NCBI GenBank assembly: GCA_038843675.1
Contig: JAWBRV010000003.1
Coordinates: 4,908-68,907 of the forward strand
From: Candidatus Bathyarchaeia archaeon
GTDB taxonomy: Archaea > Thermoproteota > Bathyarchaeia > 40CM-2-53-6 > CALIRQ01
Direction: 5' to 3'
DNA length: 64,000 bases
Shown here: piece after piece, positions 6,733 through 16,487 of the stretch
How the letters are laid out: the number at the start of each line of letters is the position of its first letter
How positions within the stretch are numbered: the stretch's first letter is position 1
Translations under genes and position numbers: made by a program
Notes under the pieces: generated by a model
The model's database searches: none
Seen by the model: only the letters and a program-made list of their open reading frames with translations
Told to the model about the DNA's origin: nothing

Positions 6733-7740
6733 ATGGAGCTGGTCTTCGGCTTCCTCGGGAGGCCAGATCCAAGGGTTTTGGTGGGCCCGGGCATAGGCGA
6801 GGACGCGGCCGTGATAGATATGGGCGATGCCTCGCTGGTTTTGGCGATGGACCCCATAACGGCCGCCAGCAGGGATCTCGGATGGTTATCGGTCCACATA
6901 AACGCGAACGACGTCGCCACTAGGGGCGCGGTCCCGAAATGGTTCCTATGCGCGGTGCTCCTGCCCGAGGGGTCCGATGAGGGCGAATTGGGGGAGATAA
7001 TGGGCCAAATGGATCGGGCCGCCAAGGAGCTCGGTGTGGCGATCGTTGGGGGCCACACTGAGGTTGCGCCGGGCATAAGGGCCCCGATAGTCATCGGGAT
7101 GATGGCAGGGGAATGCCCCAAGGGCAGGCATTTGTCGACGAGGGGCGCCAAGCCCGGGGATAGGATAATCATGACCAAGACGGCTGGGATAGAGGGCACG
7201 GCCGTCATCTCGATAAGCTATCCCGATATCCTCAAGGTCCCGGCGGACGTCATAGAGCGCTCCAAGGGATTCCTCAGGAGCATAAGCGTTGTTGAGGAGG
7301 CGCTGGTGGCGGCTGGGATCGAGGGAGTACACTCGCTTCACGACCCCACCGAGGGCGGAATATTGGGCGGCGTTTGGGAGATGGCGGCCGCATCCGGGCT
7401 CGGGGCCCTGATAGAGGCCGCGAGGGTGCCGATCGCGGAGGAGACGAGGACCATTTGCGAATCCCTGGGGATCGATCCGATGAAATTGCTCGGCTCAGGG
7501 AGCCTGCTGATCTCGGTCGACCCTAGGGCGGAGGATGAGCTCCTGCGATCGCTTAGAAGGAGGGGCATCAGGGCTACCGGGATAGGGGAGATGAGGGATG
7601 GGGCCTTCGGGGTCAAGTTGATCGATTCTTCCGGGTGCTTGGTGGAGATTCGATCCCCGCCGCGCGACTCCATATATGAAGTGATAGAGCTATACGAGGC
7701 GGCATCGCGGGGCGATTGTAGATGGGAGGGAGGATCCTGA
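6733..7740 (+). CDS. PurM-superfamily AIR-synthase-related protein (ThiL/HypE-like). Likely start at MELVFGFLG; the ORF-track start at 6478 lies in AT-rich non-coding DNA.
   Basis: N-terminal GPGIGEDAAVIDMG nucleotide-binding motif and the PurM N/C domain layout. No C-terminal PRIC motif, so not a canonical HypE. Confidence 0.6.
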   Translation: MELVFGFLGRPDPRVLVGPGIGEDAAVIDMGDASLVLAMDPITAASRDLGWLSVHINANDVATRGAVPKWFLCAVLLPEGSDEGELGEIMGQMDRAAKELGVAIVGGHTEVAPGIRAPIVIGMMAGECPKGRHLSTRGAKPGDRIIMTKTAGIEGTAVISISYPDILKVPADVIERSKGFLRSISVVEEALVAAGIEGVHSLHDPTEGGILGGVWEMAAASGLGALIEAARVPIAEETRTICESLGIDPMKLLGSGSLLISVDPRAEDELLRSLRRRGIRATGIGEMRDGAFGVKLIDSSGCLVEIRSPPRDSIYEVIELYEAASRGDCRWEGGS

Positions 7741-8885
7741 GGGATCCAATCCCCCTTTCGCCAGAATACGTCCCGAGGGACCTGATCGGCAGGGATCGCG
7801 AGCTACGGGATATGGCGCAGCATTTCCTTTCGCCCGCCCTCGAGCACGGCAGCTCCCCGCTGATGATCCTCATTGGACCGCGGGGTAGCGGGAAGACCGC
7901 CCTTTTGAAGCGTTTCGGGCAATTAATCGAGGTGGCAAGCCTCGAGCGCGGGAGGGCCATGAAATGCGCTTACGTCAACTGCTGGGAGGCCAAGGGGAGG
8001 TTATTCAAGATCTTGGAAGCGGCTTCGGCCTCCCTAGGGGTCGGGGAAGGCCTTAGGGGCCGCTCCTCAAAGGAGCTCCTCGACCTCATCGGGCAAATCC
8101 CAAACCGCGAGGCCTTCCCCATCTTGGCGCTGGATGATGCGGAGGCGCTCCTTTTGGCCGAAGGGGGGGACCCGATCTATATGCTTTCTAGGCCTTGGGA
8201 GAGCGCGGGCATTAAGGGATTCGGCCTCCTTCTCTCCTTTGGGGATTGGAGCTACCTAGAGGGCCTCGATGGAAGCGTCCTCAGCACGTTGAGGAGGGGG
8301 ATCTTGAGGCTTCGTGGATATTCGAAGGCCGAGCTCTGGGCGATCTTGGCCGATAGGGCTGAGAGGGCGCTCGGGGAAGGTTCCTTGAAGGGGGATGCGC
8401 TGGATTTGATCGCCGATTCCTCATCCGCATCCGGGGACGCCGGCTTGGCGATCAGGGCCCTGAGGATTGCGGCGGAGCTGGCCGAGCGGGAGGGGGCCAC
8501 CTCCATCGAGGCGCGCCATGCCGAATGGGCCTTGGTGGAGGCCAGCGCATCGCCCGACCCCTACATCCTGCGGGGCCTATCCGATCACGAGAGGCTGTTC
8601 CTCATCGCCATAGCGAGGGCCTTGGGGGAAAGGGGCTCCGGGGAGGTGACCATGGGCGAGGCAGAGGGCGAGTATTTGGCCCTATGCGGGATCCGCGGGC
8701 TCGCGCCTAGGAAGCATACGCAGCTTTGGAAATACGCGAGGCGACTCTCAATCGCCGGCCTACTCTCCCTTAGGCCCTCGGGGGCCGGCTTCAAGGGGAG
8801 GACGACATTCATAGGGCTCAGGGGCCTGAGGTGGGACAAAGTCATAAATTGCCCGGAGCCGGATGGGGCCGCGATGGGAAGATGA
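7722..8885 (+). CDS. cdc6: Orc1/Cdc6 family replication initiator (AAA+ ATPase plus C-terminal winged helix)
   Basis: N-terminal EYVPRDLIGRDRELRDMAQHF motif typical of archaeal Orc1/Cdc6. Walker A GPRGSGKT, sensor and arginine-finger region, and a C-terminal wH-like segment. Confidence 0.85.
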   Translation: MGGRILRDPIPLSPEYVPRDLIGRDRELRDMAQHFLSPALEHGSSPLMILIGPRGSGKTALLKRFGQLIEVASLERGRAMKCAYVNCWEAKGRLFKILEAASASLGVGEGLRGRSSKELLDLIGQIPNREAFPILALDDAEALLLAEGGDPIYMLSRPWESAGIKGFGLLLSFGDWSYLEGLDGSVLSTLRRGILRLRGYSKAELWAILADRAERALGEGSLKGDALDLIADSSSASGDAGLAIRALRIAAELAEREGATSIEARHAEWALVEASASPDPYILRGLSDHERLFLIAIARALGERGSGEVTMGEAEGEYLALCGIRGLAPRKHTQLWKYARRLSIAGLLSLRPSGAGFKGRTTFIGLRGLRWDKVINCPEPDGAAMGR

Positions 8886-9340
8886 GCGGCATGGGCAGGG
8901 TGAGGATGGTCGATATCTCGGAAAAGGGCGATGTATTGAGGGAGGCCATCGCGTTCGGCGAGATCCGGATGAAGAGGGAGACGGTGGAGCTGATAAGAGA
9001 CGGGCGGATCGAGAAGGGCGATCCCCTATACGCGGCCGAGATAGCCGCGATAATGGCGGCGAAGAACGCGAGCCAGATCATACCGCTTTGCCACCCGATC
9101 CAAATCACGCACGTCCAACTGGAGCATCGCCTCAAGGAGGATTCGCTCGAGGTCAGGGCGAGGGTGAGGGCCGAATCCAAGACGGGCGTGGAGATGGAAG
9201 CGCTGGCGGCAGTCTCCGCGTTCCTCCTGACTGTTTGGGATATGGTGAAGAAATATGAGAAGGACGAGGAGGGGCAGTATCCATTCACGGAGATAAGGGC
9301 CATAAGGGTGGAGAGAAAGAGGAAGGGGGAGGGCGCTTGA
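8882..9340 (+). CDS. moaC: Cyclic pyranopterin monophosphate synthase MoaC (start at MSGMGRV; ATGA overlap with orc1 stop)
   Basis: Typical MoaC length and conserved segments (VDISEK..., IAAIMAAKNASQIIPLCHPI). Confidence 0.85.
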   Translation: MSGMGRVRMVDISEKGDVLREAIAFGEIRMKRETVELIRDGRIEKGDPLYAAEIAAIMAAKNASQIIPLCHPIQITHVQLEHRLKEDSLEVRARVRAESKTGVEMEALAAVSAFLLTVWDMVKKYEKDEEGQYPFTEIRAIRVERKRKGEGA

Positions 9341-9852
9341 GCGAGACCTCCGAGGCTCATAAGGGGAGGGCCCCGAGGAGTTTGAAATTCGCTGTTATAA
9401 CCTGTAGCACGTCCCGAAGCAAGGGCTCCGGCGAGCCCGACGTTTCCGGAGAAACGATCGTTGGGCTGATGGAGGGGAAGGGCCACAAGCTGACGATGAG
9501 GGCCATCGTCCCGGACGATGAATCGGCCATATTGGAGGCGGTATTGGGGGCCCTGAAGGAGGCCGACGTCGTAATAATCACGGGTGGGACCGGCATAGGG
9601 AGGGGCGACGTTACCATAGAGGCGGTTTCAAAGCTGTTCGAGAAGGACCTCCCGGGATTCGGGGAGCTCTTCAGGCACCTCAGCTTCGAGAGGATCGGAA
9701 GCCCGGCCCTCCTAACAAGGGCAGCGGCGGGCATCCGTGGGGAATCCGTCATATTCTGCCTTCCGGGATCGCCCGAGGCCGTCAAGCTGGCCATGGAGAA
9801 CCTGATAATACCGGAGGCAGCGCATATAGTTGGGCATTTGAGGAAGGGCTAG
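9337..9852 (+). CDS. moaB: Molybdopterin biosynthesis protein MoaB/MogA family
   Basis: GGTG motif (ITGGTGIGRGD) and the MogA/MoaB fold signature. TTG start overlapping the moaC TGA (cTTGAg). Confidence 0.8.
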   Translation: MSETSEAHKGRAPRSLKFAVITCSTSRSKGSGEPDVSGETIVGLMEGKGHKLTMRAIVPDDESAILEAVLGALKEADVVIITGGTGIGRGDVTIEAVSKLFEKDLPGFGELFRHLSFERIGSPALLTRAAAGIRGESVIFCLPGSPEAVKLAMENLIIPEAAHIVGHLRKG

Positions 9853-11111
9853 GCCCTTCGGGGGCGCTGGCGCGCAGAGGCTCCGCAAAGGGATTTCAGG
9901 AACTCAACCTCCTCGGCATTGAACCCGAACCATTCCGAGAGGCCTTGGAAGGCCTTCGCATCATTCTTGGCTATCTCGATTATATAGGGCAGGACGCTTG
10001 CGTTGGCTGATGCCCTCGAGAGATGGCAGCGCCTTGCGATCTTATCAAGGACCTTCTGCCTCATGCCCCTCTCCGATCTGGTCTTTGCCATCAGGGCTAT
10101 CCTCTCCGGGAACTTCATCGGGACCCATCCGGCTTTCGATCTCTCCTTGGCCATGGCGACCCCAGCGGTCATTAGGTCGATGGCGTAGGATATCAAGCTC
10201 CAATTCTGCTCCCTTTTCGCGATATTGAAGAACAGATCCGCCTTGGCCAATGCCTCCATGCCATTGGCCAAATCGCTAGGGTCCGATAGCCAGAGCGGGG
10301 CATTCTCGTAGATCCACTCGAAGAGCATCTCGGGATCCAAATCGGCCTCATTCATGGCGATCTTCGCGGAGTAGCAGCTCTTGGCCGAGAATATGTTCTT
10401 TAGGACGTTGAATATCAAATCGGTGCGATCCCTTCGGGATGCCATTTTTACGTCCTCGCTCGTCAATATCCCGCTTGGATACGAAAGCATTTGTAGATCC
10501 TTCAACATGGCCCTGAGATCTCCCTTGTTCCGCTCCGCCAAGAGCTTCAGGGCCTCCGGATCAGCCCTTATGCCCTCCTTCTCGGCCACCTTTTTCAGGA
10601 AGGGGACAGCCTCCCTTATGCCGATCCTTTTGAACTCGATCAGCTCACACTTCTCCCTTATCCTCGCGAGCTTTGGATCCCAAGCGTTATTGGCCGCTAG
10701 GATTACAGGGTAATTGGCCTTCGATAGGAGCTCATCGATGTAATCCATCGCGCCCGAATCCATGGATGGGCTCATCCCATCGACCTCATCGAGGAATACT
10801 ATCCTCCCCTTGCCAAGTATGCTCATCCCGCTGGCAGCTCCCCCGACGATCTTCTCGAGCCTCCCCTTGGATCGATCGTCGCTCGCGTTCACCTCTATGA
10901 GGTCCAAGCCTAAGTCCCTCGCCAAGGCCTCAACGGCTACGGTCTTGCCGCTGCCAGGGGGACCGTATATCAGGGCCCCCCTCTTGGCCTTGGGATCCTT
11001 CCCCCATTTCCTAACCCATTCGACCAGCCGATCGATCGCCTCCTTGTTCCCAATGATCTCCGAAATCCGGGATGGCTTGTATTTCTCATCCAATTGCTCG
11101 GCGAGCCGCAT
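9849..11111 (-). CDS. rfcL: Replication factor C large subunit
   Basis: N-terminal WVEKYRP-like motif (DEKYKPSRISEIIGNKEAIDRLVEWVRKW). Walker A GPPGSGKT, DEVD box and a C-terminal RFC-large-specific extension. Probable start MRLAEQ at 11111. Confidence 0.85.
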   Translation of the reverse strand: MRLAEQLDEKYKPSRISEIIGNKEAIDRLVEWVRKWGKDPKAKRGALIYGPPGSGKTVAVEALARDLGLDLIEVNASDDRSKGRLEKIVGGAASGMSILGKGRIVFLDEVDGMSPSMDSGAMDYIDELLSKANYPVILAANNAWDPKLARIREKCELIEFKRIGIREAVPFLKKVAEKEGIRADPEALKLLAERNKGDLRAMLKDLQMLSYPSGILTSEDVKMASRRDRTDLIFNVLKNIFSAKSCYSAKIAMNEADLDPEMLFEWIYENAPLWLSDPSDLANGMEALAKADLFFNIAKREQNWSLISYAIDLMTAGVAMAKERSKAGWVPMKFPERIALMAKTRSERGMRQKVLDKIARRCHLSRASANASVLPYIIEIAKNDAKAFQGLSEWFGFNAEEVEFLKSLCGASARQRPRRA

Positions 11112-11115
11112 GCCA

Positions 11116-12090
11116 TCAGCCCCTAGGCCTCGAGGATAGGGAAGCCAGCTTCGCGAGGAAGGCACTCATCTGGACCTCGGGATCCCCCCCTTGCGATATC
11201 CTGAAATCCGCCTCCCCGAGCATCTCGGCCAAGAGGAGCTTGTCCCTCTCCTGGAGTTCGCTCCGGAATATTTCGCCGTGGATTTGCCTTATGATATCCA
11301 AGGGCGAGAGGCCCTTCTCCAAGAGGAGGTCCCTCAGCCTCTTCCTAGATTCGGAGAAGTTTCCCTTCATGGCCAATTCCAATATCTCCTTCGCGTATCT
11401 CGGCTCTATCCGGCCGGCGAGGCGATAGATGGAATCCTCATCGATCTCATCCTTGAGCGATGAGGCCGCTTGGAGGAGGTTTATCGCCTTCCTCAAATCC
11501 CCTTCCGAGATCCTCGCTATCGCGGCGAGGCCCCCATCCGTTATATTCACGCCCTCGTTTTTGGCTATCCATCCCAAGAAGTCCTTCACCTCCCCTTCCC
11601 CCAATGGGGAGAAACGGAAGATTGCGCAGCGGGATTGTATCGGCTCGATTATCTTGCTGGAGTAATTGCAGCAGAGGATGAACCTGCAAGTATCCGTATA
11701 TCTCTCCATCGTCCGCCTAAGGGCCTGTTGCGCATCGCTCGTCATATTGTCGGCCTCATCCAAGACCAATATCTTGAACGGGGCATCGCTAATCGTCGCC
11801 GCCCTAGCGAATTCCTTCACCGTCGTCCTGATGACGTCTATCCCCCTCTCATCGCTCGCGTTGAGCTCCATGAATAGGTCCATGAACCTCTCGCCGAAGA
11901 GGTCATGGGCCAAGCAAAGCGCGGCGGTCGTTTTCCCGGTCCCAGGTGGGCCGGCGAAGAGGCAATGGGGCATGCTCCTATCCTCCACGAACTTCTTGAG
12001 CCTTGAGACGATTTCGGCTTGATCCCTTATCTCGTCCAGTGTCCTAGGCCTGTACTTCTCCGTCCACATCATATGCCTCCCCTCGGCCAT
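11116..12090 (-). CDS. rfcS: Replication factor C small subunit (no intein)
   Basis: WTEKYRP, GPPGTGKTT, DEAD-like LDEADNM, SRC motif (QSRCAIFRF). 324 aa is the normal length. Confidence 0.9.
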   Translation of the reverse strand: MAEGRHMMWTEKYRPRTLDEIRDQAEIVSRLKKFVEDRSMPHCLFAGPPGTGKTTAALCLAHDLFGERFMDLFMELNASDERGIDVIRTTVKEFARAATISDAPFKILVLDEADNMTSDAQQALRRTMERYTDTCRFILCCNYSSKIIEPIQSRCAIFRFSPLGEGEVKDFLGWIAKNEGVNITDGGLAAIARISEGDLRKAINLLQAASSLKDEIDEDSIYRLAGRIEPRYAKEILELAMKGNFSESRKRLRDLLLEKGLSPLDIIRQIHGEIFRSELQERDKLLLAEMLGEADFRISQGGDPEVQMSAFLAKLASLSSRPRG

Positions 12091-12227
12091 CCAAATCGCC
12101 CTCCGTTAGCTAGGCCTGCTCATGGGCGCTGATAAGATAAGGCTTTGGGCATCCCCCTACGCCGCCCCCGATGCCGCAGGGGCGCACCTAGGGCCTTGCC
12201 CATTGGACCATGGGGCTCAGGGACGGC

Positions 12228-13475
12228 TCATGGGAAGAGGCCGAGCGTCTCCAGCGCCTCGGCGACCCTTCTCACCCCCAATATGAAGGCCCCCTCCTTC
12301 ATCGGGACCTTGAATTCATCGGAGGTTTCCAAGACCCTTTTGAATTGACAAATGAGCTTCTTCTCAAGCTTCCCCCTTACCTCCTCCAAGTCCCAATATT
12401 CTCTCCTGAGGTTTTGCGTCCATTCAAAATAGCTGACTATCACCCCGCCGGCGTTGGCCAATATATCCGGGACGACGAATACGCCGTTCCTCTCCAAGAT
12501 CCTATCCGCCTCGGACGTCGTGGGCCCATTCGCTCCCTCTACCACGATCTTGGCCTTGACCCTGCCCGCGTTCTCCTTGGTTATGGCGTTCTGGAGGGCG
12601 GCCGGTATGAGGACATCGCACTCGACCTCCAAAACGGCGTCGCTCCCGATCTCGGAGCTGCTTCCGAAACCAACGACCGAGCCGGTCCTTCGCTTATGTT
12701 CGATCAGCTCCTTAACCTGAATGCCCCTTTGGTCGTAAACGCCGCCCCTCGAATCGCTGACCGCGATTATCTTATAACCCCGCTCCGAGAGCGCTAGGGC
12801 GGCATGGATGCCGACGTTCCCGAAGCCCTGTATGGCGACCGTCGCCGATTGCGGATCCAACCCCTTATACTTCACGGCCTCCTCGGCGCATATGGCGACT
12901 CCCCTCCCCGTGGCCTCCTCCCTGCCTTGGGATCCCCCTATGCTGATCGGCTTCCCGGTCACGACCTCCGGGACCTTCCTCCCCTTGAGCTGGCTATAGG
13001 TGTCGACGATCCAAGCCATCGTTTGGGGATTCGTGTTCACGTCTGGGGCTGGTATGTCCGTGTATGGGCCTATATCGTTCGCCAGTGCCGCCGTATATCG
13101 CCTCGTTATCCTCTCCAGCTCGCCCCTTGAGAGGGCCTTAGGATTGCAGGCCACCCCGCCCTTAGCCCCACCGAACGGTATATCGGCCACGGCGGATTTA
13201 AACGTCATTAGTGCCGCTAGGGCCTTGACTTCCTCCAAGTCAGTATTTTCGTGATACCTTATCCCCCCCTTATAGGGGCCCCTAGCGGAGTTATGTTGAA
13301 CCCGACATCCCCAAAAAACCCTCAGGGATCCATCGTCCATCCTTACCGGGAGGTATACCTCGATGACCCTCCTGGGATATTTCAATATCTCCCTCACGCC
13401 CTTCTCCAGCCCCAGCCTCTCGGCTGAGCGATCTATCTTCCCCAAGGTATCCCGATAAAATTCCATCCCGCTCAA
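12228..13475 (-). CDS. gdhA: Glutamate dehydrogenase
   Basis: GDH signature GGAKGG and the Rossmann motif GFGNVG. 415 aa. Confidence 0.9.
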   Translation of the reverse strand: MSGMEFYRDTLGKIDRSAERLGLEKGVREILKYPRRVIEVYLPVRMDDGSLRVFWGCRVQHNSARGPYKGGIRYHENTDLEEVKALAALMTFKSAVADIPFGGAKGGVACNPKALSRGELERITRRYTAALANDIGPYTDIPAPDVNTNPQTMAWIVDTYSQLKGRKVPEVVTGKPISIGGSQGREEATGRGVAICAEEAVKYKGLDPQSATVAIQGFGNVGIHAALALSERGYKIIAVSDSRGGVYDQRGIQVKELIEHKRRTGSVVGFGSSSEIGSDAVLEVECDVLIPAALQNAITKENAGRVKAKIVVEGANGPTTSEADRILERNGVFVVPDILANAGGVIVSYFEWTQNLRREYWDLEEVRGKLEKKLICQFKRVLETSDEFKVPMKEGAFILGVRRVAEALETLGLFP

Positions 13476-13865
13476 TTGTCACACCAAATTTTCAAATATG
13501 GAATTATTGCCTTAAAAGCTTTCGATAAAAAAGAGCATAAACGTCATGATATCGCCCATTCCTTTCCCAAATCGGCTTTTGGCGGAGACATGCGCCGCCT
13601 TTTTGGCTCAGCGGAACGCGCGAATGGGCCCAGCGAAAATTGGCTTTTAATAGCCAACCTTAAAAGATGCTCCCGGACCCGCTCCTTCGATTTTGTTCAA
13701 AAGGGCCCAGTGAACCTTCCCCACGGGGCTACGGCGTTATAAAGCGCCTCAGCTCGGCCGCTAGCCCATTGGCCGAGCCCTCCGAACCGGCCTATCGGCA
13801 TCCCCGCCGGCCGGGGCAAGGGTAAAGTAATCCCTCCCCCATACGCTAACCGGGCGAGGGGAACT

Positions 13866-14417
13866 TTGGGCGGCATGAGCTTCGGGGACATACATATCGA
13901 GTTCGAGAATTCCCCGATCAAGACGCGCTTCATCAAACCCGTCAAGCTCAGGGTCTGCGGGAAGGATCTCGAGGCGAGCGCTGGGGCGGAGATGGAGCTA
14001 TTATATTGGATAGCCATGAAGCTCTTCGAGGCCGGATTGGCGAAGCCGGCCGATTCGATGAGGATGGACCTGATTCAGCTCTCCAAAATCCATTGGAGGG
14101 AAACGGTCCCGGCGACGAGGCAGATATCGGCCGTGGGAAGGGATTTCTATTTCAAGATGAGGGAATATCTATCGGAGTTGAGGGCCGCCTCTAGGGCGGA
14201 TGGCTCCAAGCTTATGGAGCTCGAGAAGGCCATGGGGTTGTTCGAGGAGATATTGAACTGCAGGATTCGAAAGATTCTATCAATCGCCGCCGCGGGCGCT
14301 GAATCGGAGGAGGCGCTCAAGAACCTCACCCCAGAGGAGAGGCTGCTGTTGGAGGATGTGCGATCGGGGGTCATGGCTTGGAAGGGCTTCGCGGCCCTCG
14401 GGGGGGATGCCAAATGA
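13866..14417 (+). CDS. Putative GINS subunit (Gins23-like), translationally coupled to mcm
   Basis: 183-aa helical protein immediately upstream of mcm with an ATGA stop/start overlap (14414-14417). The gins23-mcm operon is the typical crenarchaeal/TACK arrangement. Sequence similarity is weak, so the call is by context. Confidence 0.4.
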   Translation: MGGMSFGDIHIEFENSPIKTRFIKPVKLRVCGKDLEASAGAEMELLYWIAMKLFEAGLAKPADSMRMDLIQLSKIHWRETVPATRQISAVGRDFYFKMREYLSELRAASRADGSKLMELEKAMGLFEEILNCRIRKILSIAAAGAESEEALKNLTPEERLLLEDVRSGVMAWKGFAALGGDAK

Positions 14418-16462
14418 GCACGGCGGAGCTTCAAGAGGGGTTCAGGGAGTTCCTAAGGAGCTTCAGGACCGAGATGGAGGAGCAGAAGTATAGGAAGAGG
14501 CTATCCCAAATGGCCCTGACGGGCTCCAAATCGCTTATAGTCGATTTCGAGGACCTCATGGCCTTCGATTCCGAATTGGCGAGGGAGATAGTGAACAACC
14601 CCGATGAGGCCCTGAAGTACGCCAATGCCTCAGTCTTGGAGCAAATGAGGGTCGAGGATCCGGAATACGCGGAGCAGGTCGGGGAGTTCTTCGTTAGGTT
14701 CAGGGGCTTGCCCGAGAGGCTATCGCTTAGGAGGATAAGGGCCGATCACATCGGGAAGCTCGTGATGATCGATGCCATAATCGTCAGGGCGACCCCGGTT
14801 CAACCGCTCATCGTCAAGGCGGCCTTCAGGTGCAGGAGATGCAACGAGATAACCTTCGTCGATCAAAAGGGGCCGCTCATGAGGGCCCCGCTCTTTTGCG
14901 CCAACTGCAAGGCGAGGCAGTTCGATTTCGAGGAGAAGGAGTCGAGATTCATAGATTCGCAGGAGATACGCGCCCAAGAGAAGCCGGAGGAGCTCCCGCC
15001 CGGCCAGCTCCCCAGGTCCATAGACGTAACCCTCAGGGACGATCTGGTCGATACCGCGAGGCCCGGGGATAGGGCATCGATAACGGGCATAGTGAGGGCG
15101 CAGCAAACGATGGCCGGTAGGAGGGGAGGGCTTAGGACCTTCGAACTATACCTCGAGGCCAACTACGTCGACGTATCCGGCAGGGAGGCGGAGATCCTCG
15201 AGATAACGCCGGAGGAGGAGAGGTACCTGAAGGCCCTCTCAAAGGATCCATGGATCATGAATAGGCTGAAGATGTCCATAGCGCCATCGATCTATGGGTA
15301 TGAGGACGTGAAGGAGGCCATATTGTACCTCCTCCACGGCGGCGTCAGGAAGGAGCTCCCAGATGGCATAAACCTTAGGGGGGATATAAATATACTGCTG
15401 GTCGGGGACCCCGGGACCGCCAAGAGCGCGCTCCTCCAATACGTCGCTAGGGTCGCCCCGAGGGGCTTGTATACGAGCGGAAGGGGATCCACCGCGGCTG
15501 GATTGACGGCTGCGGTCATAAGGGAGAGGGCCGGCGGGATGGTCCTCGAGGCCGGGGCCTTGGTCCTAGCGGATAAGGGCGTCTGCTCGATAGATGAGAT
15601 AGATAAGATGAGGCCGGAGGATAGGGTCGCCATACACGAGGCAATGGAGCAGCAAACGGTCTCCGTGGCCAAGGGGGGAATCGTAGCCACTTTGAACGCT
15701 AGGACCTCCGTGCTAGCCGCGGCTAACCCAGCGCTGGGCAGATACGACCCCTATCGGAACGTCAGCGAGAACATAAACCTCCCCATAACCATACTATCCC
15801 GATTCGACCTCATATTCGTCTTCAGGGATATGCCCGATGAGGAGCTCGATAGGAGGATGTCGGACCACATACTCCGGACCCATCAGATTAGGGCCACCCC
15901 AATGCCCGAGGTCTCACCATTGCCGCCCGAGATCTTGAGGAAGTACATAAGCTACGCGAAGAGGATCACGCCTGTGCTGACCGACGAGGCCATAAGGGAG
16001 CTGAAGGACTTCTACCTGAAGATGAGGGCAACCTCCGGGGCCTCGGATTCCCCGATCGCGATAACCCCGAGGCAACTGGAGGCATTGATCAGGATCTCGG
16101 AGGCTAGGGCTAGGTGCTTTCTTAGGGATAAGGTCATCGCCGAGGATGCGAAGGCCGCGATACGATTGATGACCATATCCCTGCAACACGTCGGGATCGA
16201 CGTCACGACCGGGAAGATCGATATCGACGTCATAATGACGGGCAAGCCCAAGAGCTTGAGGGATAAGATGCAGGCGGTCATGGGGGAGATAGCCAAGGAG
16301 GAGAAGGAGTACGGGGCGGCTGAGGAGGAGAGGCTGAAGGGAGCGCTCGCGAGCCAATATGGCATGAGCGAGTCGGAGGTAACCTCCGTACTCAACCAAC
16401 TGGTTAAGGAGGGGATAATATACTCGCCGAAGCCCGGGCAATATAAGAGGGCCTTGGTCTGA
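14414..16462 (+). CDS. mcm: MCM replicative helicase (no intein)
   Basis: Zn-finger CRRC...CANC, Walker A GDPGTAKS, Walker B/DEIDKM and arginine finger SRFDL, plus a C-terminal wH. Probable start MSTAELQ. Confidence 0.9.
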   Translation: MSTAELQEGFREFLRSFRTEMEEQKYRKRLSQMALTGSKSLIVDFEDLMAFDSELAREIVNNPDEALKYANASVLEQMRVEDPEYAEQVGEFFVRFRGLPERLSLRRIRADHIGKLVMIDAIIVRATPVQPLIVKAAFRCRRCNEITFVDQKGPLMRAPLFCANCKARQFDFEEKESRFIDSQEIRAQEKPEELPPGQLPRSIDVTLRDDLVDTARPGDRASITGIVRAQQTMAGRRGGLRTFELYLEANYVDVSGREAEILEITPEEERYLKALSKDPWIMNRLKMSIAPSIYGYEDVKEAILYLLHGGVRKELPDGINLRGDINILLVGDPGTAKSALLQYVARVAPRGLYTSGRGSTAAGLTAAVIRERAGGMVLEAGALVLADKGVCSIDEIDKMRPEDRVAIHEAMEQQTVSVAKGGIVATLNARTSVLAAANPALGRYDPYRNVSENINLPITILSRFDLIFVFRDMPDEELDRRMSDHILRTHQIRATPMPEVSPLPPEILRKYISYAKRITPVLTDEAIRELKDFYLKMRATSGASDSPIAITPRQLEALIRISEARARCFLRDKVIAEDAKAAIRLMTISLQHVGIDVTTGKIDIDVIMTGKPKSLRDKMQAVMGEIAKEEKEYGAAEEERLKGALASQYGMSESEVTSVLNQLVKEGIIYSPKPGQYKRALV

Positions 16463-16487
16463 TGGGCCCGAGGGGAGGGCTTCGGCC

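Noticed and set aside
7600-7722. Origin of replication immediately upstream of orc1/cdc6
   Set aside because: No intergenic DNA exists there, since orc1 overlaps the preceding gene by 19 bp. The only AT-rich repeat region is 1 kb further upstream.
6733-7740. Assignment as hydrogenase maturase HypE (partner of hypF)
   Set aside because: The C-terminal PRIC carbamoyl-acceptor motif is absent, so it is called a generic AIR-synthase-related protein.
13476-13742. 88-aa + strand ORF in the gdhA/gins spacer as a protein gene
   Set aside because: No motif and poor composition. The start is inside the gdhA promoter region. Kept only as a possible ncRNA locus.
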